Below the pieces are notes generated by a model. The model ran no database searches and was not told the origin of the DNA. It saw only the letters and a program-made list of their open reading frames with translations. The translations under genes and the position numbers were made by a program. A stretch of DNA of 20,000 nucleotides from an uncultured virus (IMG/VR IMGVR_UViG_3300031783_000001) (lineage: Duplodnaviria > Heunggongvirae > Uroviricota > Caudoviricetes). Location of the stretch: the IMG/VR virus record IMGVR_UViG_3300031783_000001; one strand, given 5' to 3'. Shown here in pieces: positions 1 through 7,765 of this stretch (within the stretch, counting starts at the first letter, position 1; every line of letters begins with the position of its first letter).

Positions 1-1038
1 TAACTCGTCCGCTAAATCTACTATCTCCTTGACCAATAAGAAGTACTCCTTAAAGCCCATACGTTCGATGACTCTTACTTCGTATCTAAGCCTATCCTCC
101 TCTTCCTGTGTTAACTCCCGACCCAAACGTCTAAGTAAAGAATTTCTAACAAAACTATAAAAGTCATCAACCTTATTAACAACGGGTAAATCTAAATTAC
201 TTGTGATAGGCAATTCTACGTTACATCTATCTCTTACTGCGAGTGTATTTGTGAGTGCTTCACGATGTTCTTGAAACAATCTAATAGAAGCCATTTCGTC
301 ATACCCCTTGATGTAAAACTGTGGTAGGAGATTATTATTATCGTCTGACAACCGTAGCCTTTCAACAGTATCAACGCTAGCGTTTGTATTGATACCAATC
401 ATTACGTCGTGCGCCATAGCATGCTCCTGATAGGCATAATGAGCATCGTTAGTAGCTATGACCTTTATATCATACTTACTGCTGAAATCTAGAAGGGTCT
501 TGTTGACAATATCCTGTCTTTTTATACCATGGTCGGAAAGCTCTATGTAATATCTATCATTAAATACTTCTAAAAACTCTAATATCTTCCTTTCAGCCAT
601 ATCTATTTGACCGTTCAGGATCAAATTCGGTATCAATCCCTGCAAGCATCCAGTAGTTACTATCAAACCCTCGTTGTATTCTTTGAGGAGACGGAAATTG
701 ATTCTAGGCTTATAGTAGAAACCTTCCAAGTGGGCATAGTAAGAGAGTCTAAGCAGGTTTTGGTAGCCTGTGTGATTCTCAGCCAATATCGTTATATGAT
801 ATCTTTTACTATCTTTGGCAAACTCTTCACCGTCAACATAGTAAAACTCGCATCCTAGTATTGGTTTTATCCCATTAGACTTAGTCTTTATATAGAATTC
901 CACTAATCCGGCTAATGTGCCATGGTCGGTTAGTGCCACCGCATCCTGGCCAAGCTCACTAACCCGTTTGACAATCTCATCTATAGTAGCATAACCATCT
1001 AAAATACTGTAATCACTATGTACATGTAGATGTACCAT
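1..1038 (-). CDS. dnaE: DNA polymerase III alpha subunit (DnaE, family C), N-terminal PHP domain; partial, runs off the left edge
   Basis: Not in the ORF track; translated by hand from ATG at 1038: MVHLHVHSDYSILDGYATIDEIVKRVSELGQDAVALTDHGTLAG...GIKPILGCEFY...YHITILAENHTGYQNLLRL...GFYYKPRI...TGCLQG...YYIELSDHG...IATNDAHY...RLRYEVRVIERMGFKEYFLLVKEIV. These are the canonical DnaE PHP motifs (HLHxHSxYS, LTDHG, KPIxGxE, KPR, ATNDxHY, RLxYE..I..MGF..YFL). The frame is open to position 1, and the start overlaps the upstream TGA (TGATG). Confidence 0.96.
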   Translation of the reverse strand, partial: MVHLHVHSDYSILDGYATIDEIVKRVSELGQDAVALTDHGTLAGLVEFYIKTKSNGIKPILGCEFYYVDGEEFAKDSKRYHITILAENHTGYQNLLRLSYYAHLEGFYYKPRINFRLLKEYNEGLIVTTGCLQGLIPNLILNGQIDMAERKILEFLEVFNDRYYIELSDHGIKRQDIVNKTLLDFSSKYDIKVIATNDAHYAYQEHAMAHDVMIGINTNASVDTVERLRLSDDNNNLLPQFYIKGYDEMASIRLFQEHREALTNTLAVRDRCNVELPITSNLDLPVVNKVDDFYSFVRNSLLRRLGRELTQEEEDRLRYEVRVIERMGFKEYFLLVKEIVDLADEL

Positions 1039-1448
1039 CATATTTTAACCAGCCTATTAACCCTATACAAATTATGAGTCCCCTCAATTCTATCAAAATA
1101 CATAATACTTCTATCGGTATGCTTTAAGTATCCTTCAATCTCTTGTAAAAGGGCGAGTGATAGTGATAGATTGAAAGTCTTTAACCGCAACTTTCTTATA
1201 GTCTCTATCCCTAACCTACGGCAATACACGATCTTTTTGTCCTTTTTTACCCAATAGCCACCTTTATTATTTTTATGAGCCTCGAAATACTCACATACTA
1301 AAACAGGGTGCTCGTTGATAATATATATATACCTACGTTCTAAATCAGATACAAATAACCCAAATCTAGCTGAGTAATGATAGTTTACAAAGTTATTTAC
1401 TTTGAGTAAGCTTGTCATATTCTTGATATATGTCTCTAATGTTAGCAT
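1038..1448 (-). CDS. hypothetical protein (136 aa; true start may be the second Met at 1418)
   Basis: The ORF fills the gap in a tightly packed minus-strand run and its TGA overlaps the dnaE ATG. No recognisable motif. Confidence 0.6.
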   Translation of the reverse strand: MLTLETYIKNMTSLLKVNNFVNYHYSARFGLFVSDLERRYIYIINEHPVLVCEYFEAHKNNKGGYWVKKDKKIVYCRRLGIETIRKLRLKTFNLSLSLALLQEIEGYLKHTDRSIMYFDRIEGTHNLYRVNRLVKI

Positions 1449-1803
1449 ACAGAATTTTACAAATCATAATCACGATCTTACTATTAGTTGTTATGATAGG
1501 TATGAAGCCGGACCATTTATTGCCTTCGTATAGTCGTATGCCATATTTTGTCCATTGTACAAACAAGGGTGTTTGTAGGGGTAGAGTATTAGACTGAAGG
1601 AGAAGGGTTAAGTTGTATATAGCTTGCCTACTGTGTCCTGGCATAAGGATTCCATCCGAGAACATTTGAAGATAAGATAATGCAACGCTTTTTTGAGGGG
1701 CATTGTAATATTTATCTCCTATTTTGACCACAGGGATTGTACCACCAGCAGTGATGTCTAATATAGCCTCCCGTAGAATATTTACGAATTCGTATGATGT
1801 CAT
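1393..1803 (-). CDS. hypothetical protein (136 aa)
   Basis: ATG lies 2 nt after the stop of the 1974-aa gene, in the same orientation. No recognisable motif. Confidence 0.65.
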   Translation of the reverse strand: MTSYEFVNILREAILDITAGGTIPVVKIGDKYYNAPQKSVALSYLQMFSDGILMPGHSRQAIYNLTLLLQSNTLPLQTPLFVQWTKYGIRLYEGNKWSGFIPIITTNSKIVIMICKILYANIRDIYQEYDKLTQSK

Positions 1804-1805
1804 AG

Positions 1806-4800
1806 TTATAGTGTTGGTATATGTGGTATTATTCCACCCATAGGATTGTCGTTTGCATCGGCATCTCTGTACGCGTACAATCCATTTCCTATGGTAGCAC
1901 TCTTGGTTCTCGCATCTTCTTTTATAGCTTTGCCATCAAGCATTTCAGCTATGCCTTTTATAGAAACACTAGGGTTGGACTTACACCATGCCTCAACAAC
2001 ATCACCTATATCACTAAGACTAGCATATACATCTAAACTACGACCAAAAATATCACCAACTCGTATTTTAGCATGTCTCATCTTGGTATAAGACTCTATA
2101 ATACTATCAAAAATAGCTTTAAAACTTGTATCTCCTAGAAAGTACCTATCTAAGTCGTTAAGTACTTGACTTAAAGATAATTTGATTCTATCTATCTCAC
2201 TATAATCTGGTTCTACCTCAACATTACTAGAACCTATCTTGATTAATGACCTTAGCTTAGACCCTACAAAAGCCAGAACCACAAGACTATAAAACATGTA
2301 TATCAAAGCAATAGAGGCTGTGTTGATATTGCAATACTTAACGGATCTAGGAAGGATAGAAACAACGCTTTGAACAAACATACGCTTGTGCTTCAAGTCA
2401 TCGCTTGATTTTCCTGATTCAGATTCGTATAAAATATTATTAAACTTATTGTAAAAATCTACTCTTGATAATATGTTTCTTGTATCGTCTTTGAATAACT
2501 CATCGAAGTTTGACCCGAACGTTGCTTCTTCGAACTGATATACAACTAAATCTGTGAAATCTATAAAGTAGATATACGTTGGAATTGAGGATTTTTGATT
2601 TTCTTGTTCAATAATGTTGACCATTATGGCCACGCCGCCATTCCCAAATACTACGGTATGCATGTACATTTTGTCTCTAATTTCTTTTAGTGTTTTTGCT
2701 ATTTGAGGATCAAGATTATCGGATGTAGCTGATATTACTTCATGAACGGTGTTTCTTTGTAGTAGGCCATCTATGATTCTTTTGTATGGTGGTGTGCCAG
2801 AATCATCTTTAACATAATGTTCTCCCATTATGTAATTTACAAATCCTGCCACATGGCCACCCTGAGATAAATAATTCGTATCAGTCAAATGTAAAACATT
2901 GAATGCAAGCCGCAAACTTGCACTCTTTACTCCACGACTATAATTACCAGCTACACTCAATATAATATCCTTAATAAGAGTTCTAGCCCAGAATTCACCA
3001 ACATTAAATGCTGGCGCATTACCACCATGCAAATTCGTTGCTTGTAGCCTAAGGCGACTTATAAAATCTAAAAGTTTTGTCATAGTGTCATTATCTCTAT
3101 ACTTAGAAACGTATATATCTATACTATCAGTCAAACTAGGAAATATGACCGCATTACTTGCACTTGCACGACTGGGGTAATTGTCGATAGAGGTTATCGT
3201 GTAAGTATAATCTTCATCATCGTACATAGGAACTTCACCATCGTGTATTACGCTTATATATTTCTTCTTTTTACTCAAACCATGCTGATTAGCTGAGAGA
3301 AAGTCAACAGGATTCGAGTAAATTCCCATATAAATAACAGACGACAGATGATTCAATAATTTGGCTACAGTTATAGTACTAGCACCAGATTTATCAACAA
3401 CTTCTTTTCTCATGTCATGTATGAATTGATTAAATACCTCGTGTGTGTCTTTCACAAACTTATCCAACTGACTTATAACTTCATTAGCTGTATCAAAGTC
3501 AAAACTATTACCTTTTTTACGACTCTCATTTATGAAGTTATTTATAAATTGCACAATCCTATTCAACGCCTCGCGTATGTTTTTATCTTTTGCGACTTCT
3601 TGTTCTTTTCTGTCTGCGTAGTCATATATTTTGCGAGCCAAATAGCGTATTACGAACTCAGTAACTCTAGACAGAGCCGGATTGTTGCTGAGCTCCCCAG
3701 TGGATTGTAGAGTAGCCTGCGCTGCTCTATGAGCTTCTATTGCTTCTGCTATTATAGCGTGCATAGAACCAGAAACATCTATACTCAAATAATCAGCTAC
3801 AATACTAGGTACTGAGATTCGTACTCGTTCTTTGCTACGAATGCCAGTCAATATAACACCTGTAACCTCAGTCCTTAAAGCTAAAAGTGGGGGTCTCTTG
3901 AATATGCTAGTCAATTGATTAGTGGTTATTTCCAAGTTCCTTATATCCGATTTACCTTTGTCGTCTCTACACTCAAAGACGCTTCTATGAATATGACGAG
4001 CTAAAAGGCTAAATACTAAGTCCAGAGCGCCACTAGATAAGCCAGACAACTCAAAAGCCGCGCGAACTAGCAATCCTTCGGGCAACCCTCCCTTCCCACC
4101 TTTCCCAATCTCCTTCTCTATGAGCTTTTTATGCTGATCCATTAAGCTATCCATTATAATATTAGGATCAAAATAATCCTGATATTCAACTTCATCATCC
4201 CAATTAGGCTCTCGGCCTCTACGTACTATCCTCTTCTCTTCTTTTTCCCTATTATTATCCCTTATTTTTCTTTTTATAATATCTTTCAACTTATCCTTTA
4301 ACCTCTGAGCAATTTCAGACAGTTCATCTAATATGTCCTTATCTGGCTCTTCGTCCCTTCCCTTAATTTCTCCTATTGCCTTTATTAACTCATCATATAA
4401 GTCCGTGTAAACTGCCTCAACATCTTCATTAATATCTTCGTCACTACTAGCTCCCGTCTTCTTTAAAATACCTCTTATTAGGTCTTTAATTTTCTTAGTA
4501 TCTGTATTAGATTCAGAGCCTATTTGGGCTATTATTTTGGAAACTATGTCTATATCCTTTTCTATACTTTCATCTAAATCCTTATCATTAGGTTGTTTGC
4601 CTCCTGATTTGCCTTTCCGACTGCCTGGACCCTCAGGTGTGTCCCCGCCACCCGGACCTTCGGGGCCCTCAGGTGTGTCTCCGCCACCTGGACCACCAGG
4701 TGGCTGCGGTTCTCCGCCACCTGGACCACCAGGTGGCTGCGGTTCTCCACCACCTGGACCACCAGGTGGCTGCGGTTCTCCACCACCTGGACCACCAGGT

Positions 4801-7730
4801 GGCTGCGGTTCTCCACCACCTGGACCACCAGGTGGCTGCGGTTCTTTGCCACTTTGGCAGGACGGACTAACGTTATTATTAGTAGCCCCTAGCACAATAG
4901 CAAACCTAAACACTAAGTCTCTCGGCTTCATAGGATGCGTTTTTGAGGTATCGAAAACGTCTGTCTCCCAATGACTAAAAGTACGCAAGGGAATACGGTC
5001 TCTGGTAGTGCCTTGCGAATCACTCAGCATAGAAAATTCCTTAGATTCCTTATCCTCCTTTCTTCCATGTTGTTCCTGCCACTCAGATACAATATTCGCA
5101 ACAAAATTTTGAAAGCTCATTAAACGACTTTGATTACATTCTACTATATCGTAGGAAACCATATTATCTACGAATACAGGTATAATCTCAAAAAGACTTG
5201 GTAAGAACATACCAATAGCCAGGCTATCAGTGATGTTAGTATAAAATAGATATTCATAATAAGAAGAGTCTGGACTCCGTTCCCTACCTTTAGCTTCGTC
5301 ATACTTAGTAAATAACTCATCTAACATTTTTCTGTAACGACTTTGGAATTTACATATTCCTACAAAATCAGACATAAAGTATACCATATTGGCTGTTTCA
5401 CTATAATTCTTACTTTGACGGTTCTTTATATGGTCAAGTACATTTTTACTAGTAGCCAAATATTCTCTAAACCTTGCACCTAGTTTATCATCGTCTTTAT
5501 TTAATTTCTTTTCAAATATCACAAGATCTATAATAGTTTCTACATAATTATACATTCTCTCGACTATGTATCTTGAATCATCATCATATCTTTTGATAAA
5601 ATTTATCAACTGTTCTGCTCCTCCTGTTACTTTGTTAGCCTCATAATTGCCTATGAACGTAAAGAGTACATTACTGGAAACCAACCTGTTAAGCAGGGCA
5701 CTTAGTTGAAAGTGTTTAGTTGCAGAATCACCATCTATAATGCTTATTTTGCTTTGTTTATCTATTATAGCTCTTATTATAGACATGGATACTCTTTTAT
5801 TTACATTATTTTCTCCTAGATTATTAATAGAATCTTCTGAGTTAGAAGAGTTATATATTCCGATTATATATTTCTCAGCTGCTATATCTGCTAAATATTG
5901 GTAGCTTTTTGGGAAAATATCAGAAAAAATATTAGACAGTAAACTTCTTGCTTTTTCTTTAAATGCGGATACATCTATGGAACCATCTTTTCGGCCCTTT
6001 TCTATTGCTAAAACATCCGTATTTATTCGGTAGTTACCTACAGAAGCGCTTTTCACAAGATCTATATTGTATCCTTCGTCTGCCGCAGCCGTGAAGTGTG
6101 CAACTAATACATTGGTTTTATATAGTTCTCTCAGATCTTCATTTAGACGTTTCATAATTGAATTTATTCTTTTTACAACTTTCGCGCCATCTTCGCTATC
6201 TTTCATCTTAGACAAAGTACTGGCGTTAGCAAGAATATCGTTTAAAATATTGAAATACGATTCTATAACTTCTATCGACATTCCATAGAGGTTGGCTTCT
6301 AATTTAAGATACTTGCTCCAAGATTCGTGGTATTCTATAAAGCTTTGATAATCGTTTAGAATGCTTTCTCTAACGTAGTCCGCAATAGATTTACCAGAAT
6401 CTCCTACTATAGCGAAGAAAGGGTTATCATTTATATTTTTCTGGTCTAAACCGAATCGTTTAAAAACATAAGACAAAGCCGCATGTTTTTTTGATTTTAC
6501 TATACTATATATACCATAAGCTATGTCGTTGCTGATAAAATCTATGATGATGTCAATTAAGTTATCACTATCTATTGTGGGAAGCTTATATCCATTTTCG
6601 CTGTGTGTAATGCCTTTTATTGTATCTACGAGGGTAGTTAGCAAAGTATAGGAACTGCATATATTGTTTTCTATATTTCCTATTATTTCGTAAACGTTTT
6701 GGTTACTCAGGAATTGTGTAGCGAAGGCATTGATGCGGGTATAATCCGTTATGCAGCTTTTTACTAATCTCCTTACTATTTCATACAATGCTGCATTTTT
6801 TTCCGGAATATTTATGTGAGCTTCGTTGTAACCATTGATAAAGTCTAAAAGGTTACTATACTCTTTGCTATTATGTCTTAATTTATACTTTAGGTCTAAT
6901 AGGATTTCCATATATAATATGAATACTGGGAGTACGAATAGAGTGGCATTAACGTTGACCTCGTGTTCCATAAGTGCTCTAACTATGAGAGAAGAGTTGC
7001 GGCCTTCGTCCGCCCCATACCACTGGTTAAGTCTAAACTTTGAGAACGATTGCATAATTCGCCTTAAATCTTGAAAGATGGGTTCTGGGTCGCTAGATTT
7101 ATCAAGCCCTTGTCTGAAAGCTTCTGGGAAGGAAAGCTTGATCTCGTTCAAGTACTCGACTAAATCCATTCCCTGACCCGTCTGATACTTAGTTCGCAGC
7201 ACTTTGTAATATTCTTCGTAAGCCTTATAGATTTGACCATTCCTATCTACATGTAGGTTGATACCATGTGTCATCTCATGTATCAGTGTCCACATAATAG
7301 ATATAAATCCACTACCGCTATTTGTCTTAAAGCCATGTATATCTTTTTTCATATGTTCAAACTCAGGTCCATACATCCAAGCAAAAGCTCTTAAGAAAGC
7401 TAACGGGTTAACATTTACAATGATATTAAAAATCACTTGTTGCTCACCTTTTTTATTATCAAAACTAGTAGATTCGGCTTTTGTTATAGTATTACCCATC
7501 GTAGCATAACTGCCACTAGTATCAGCACTTTCTGGTTTATTAATAATAAAGTTGATTATAAACTTTTCACTACTTGTTTTTTTGTTAACTTTATTACCGA
7601 ATTTAATTGCGTATTTAAAGAATCTGTTGGTTACATTCTTCACTATATCTAAAACTCGTTCGTTACTTGGTATTCGCTCATTTTTTGAATACTTTCTCAA
7701 CTCAGCTTTGGTAAGCGTTTTTATACTCAT
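1806..7730 (-). CDS. giant putative metallopeptidase (HExxH, DUF2201-like) / vWA-domain protein with Pro-Gly linker
   Basis: 1974-aa ORF. LIHEMTHG at 7266-7280, then ALMEHEVN (resembles the downstream AxDxxIN motif of DUF2201-type peptidases), a low-complexity G/P/E/K linker, and a MIDAS-like SIDVSGSM at 3762-3779 with later HGGNAP and LHLTDT segments. Confidence 0.7.
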   Translation of the reverse strand: MSIKTLTKAELRKYSKNERIPSNERVLDIVKNVTNRFFKYAIKFGNKVNKKTSSEKFIINFIINKPESADTSGSYATMGNTITKAESTSFDNKKGEQQVIFNIIVNVNPLAFLRAFAWMYGPEFEHMKKDIHGFKTNSGSGFISIMWTLIHEMTHGINLHVDRNGQIYKAYEEYYKVLRTKYQTGQGMDLVEYLNEIKLSFPEAFRQGLDKSSDPEPIFQDLRRIMQSFSKFRLNQWYGADEGRNSSLIVRALMEHEVNVNATLFVLPVFILYMEILLDLKYKLRHNSKEYSNLLDFINGYNEAHINIPEKNAALYEIVRRLVKSCITDYTRINAFATQFLSNQNVYEIIGNIENNICSSYTLLTTLVDTIKGITHSENGYKLPTIDSDNLIDIIIDFISNDIAYGIYSIVKSKKHAALSYVFKRFGLDQKNINDNPFFAIVGDSGKSIADYVRESILNDYQSFIEYHESWSKYLKLEANLYGMSIEVIESYFNILNDILANASTLSKMKDSEDGAKVVKRINSIMKRLNEDLRELYKTNVLVAHFTAAADEGYNIDLVKSASVGNYRINTDVLAIEKGRKDGSIDVSAFKEKARSLLSNIFSDIFPKSYQYLADIAAEKYIIGIYNSSNSEDSINNLGENNVNKRVSMSIIRAIIDKQSKISIIDGDSATKHFQLSALLNRLVSSNVLFTFIGNYEANKVTGGAEQLINFIKRYDDDSRYIVERMYNYVETIIDLVIFEKKLNKDDDKLGARFREYLATSKNVLDHIKNRQSKNYSETANMVYFMSDFVGICKFQSRYRKMLDELFTKYDEAKGRERSPDSSYYEYLFYTNITDSLAIGMFLPSLFEIIPVFVDNMVSYDIVECNQSRLMSFQNFVANIVSEWQEQHGRKEDKESKEFSMLSDSQGTTRDRIPLRTFSHWETDVFDTSKTHPMKPRDLVFRFAIVLGATNNNVSPSCQSGKEPQPPGGPGGGEPQPPGGPGGGEPQPPGGPGGGEPQPPGGPGGGEPQPPGGPGGGDTPEGPEGPGGGDTPEGPGSRKGKSGGKQPNDKDLDESIEKDIDIVSKIIAQIGSESNTDTKKIKDLIRGILKKTGASSDEDINEDVEAVYTDLYDELIKAIGEIKGRDEEPDKDILDELSEIAQRLKDKLKDIIKRKIRDNNREKEEKRIVRRGREPNWDDEVEYQDYFDPNIIMDSLMDQHKKLIEKEIGKGGKGGLPEGLLVRAAFELSGLSSGALDLVFSLLARHIHRSVFECRDDKGKSDIRNLEITTNQLTSIFKRPPLLALRTEVTGVILTGIRSKERVRISVPSIVADYLSIDVSGSMHAIIAEAIEAHRAAQATLQSTGELSNNPALSRVTEFVIRYLARKIYDYADRKEQEVAKDKNIREALNRIVQFINNFINESRKKGNSFDFDTANEVISQLDKFVKDTHEVFNQFIHDMRKEVVDKSGASTITVAKLLNHLSSVIYMGIYSNPVDFLSANQHGLSKKKKYISVIHDGEVPMYDDEDYTYTITSIDNYPSRASASNAVIFPSLTDSIDIYVSKYRDNDTMTKLLDFISRLRLQATNLHGGNAPAFNVGEFWARTLIKDIILSVAGNYSRGVKSASLRLAFNVLHLTDTNYLSQGGHVAGFVNYIMGEHYVKDDSGTPPYKRIIDGLLQRNTVHEVISATSDNLDPQIAKTLKEIRDKMYMHTVVFGNGGVAIMVNIIEQENQKSSIPTYIYFIDFTDLVVYQFEEATFGSNFDELFKDDTRNILSRVDFYNKFNNILYESESGKSSDDLKHKRMFVQSVVSILPRSVKYCNINTASIALIYMFYSLVVLAFVGSKLRSLIKIGSSNVEVEPDYSEIDRIKLSLSQVLNDLDRYFLGDTSFKAIFDSIIESYTKMRHAKIRVGDIFGRSLDVYASLSDIGDVVEAWCKSNPSVSIKGIAEMLDGKAIKEDARTKSATIGNGLYAYRDADANDNPMGGIIPHIPTL
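4624..4845 (-). repeat. in-frame 33-bp tandem repeat (5 copies, 4678-4842) encoding (EPQPPGGPGGG)5, plus two degenerate DTPEGP units
   Basis: The unit tctcc(g/a)ccacctggaccaccaggtggctgcggt starts at 4678, 4711, 4744, 4777 and 4810 with one variable position. It forms a GC-rich island in an AT-rich gene. Confidence 0.97.
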
Positions 7731-7734
7731 GCAA

Positions 7735-7761
7735 AAATATACTAAGGTATTTAGAATATTT
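7735..7761. promoter_or_regulatory. divergent pair of TTAG(T/A)ATATTT-N4-ATG motifs (putative bidirectional promoter)
   Basis: Minus strand: TTAGTATATTT (7735-7745) + ttgc + ATG(7730). Plus strand: TTAGAATATTT (7751-7761) + acat + ATG(7766). The motifs are 5 bp apart. Confidence 0.75.
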
Positions 7762-7765
7762 ACAT

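Noticed and set aside
607..858. 83-aa plus-strand ORF
   Set aside because: Antisense shadow of the clearly recognisable dnaE frame.
4678..4842. 33-bp repeats as a CRISPR array
   Set aside because: Units are directly adjacent with no unique spacers, the length is a multiple of 3, and the repeat lies in frame within a CDS. No cas genes in the window.
4537..4974. Alternative-frame ORFs over the repeat (4537..4974+, 4574..4852-, 4637..4870+), including a collagen-like reading
   Set aside because: They are open only because the GC-rich repeat lacks stops. The 11-aa period is not a continuous Gly-X-Y collagen pattern.
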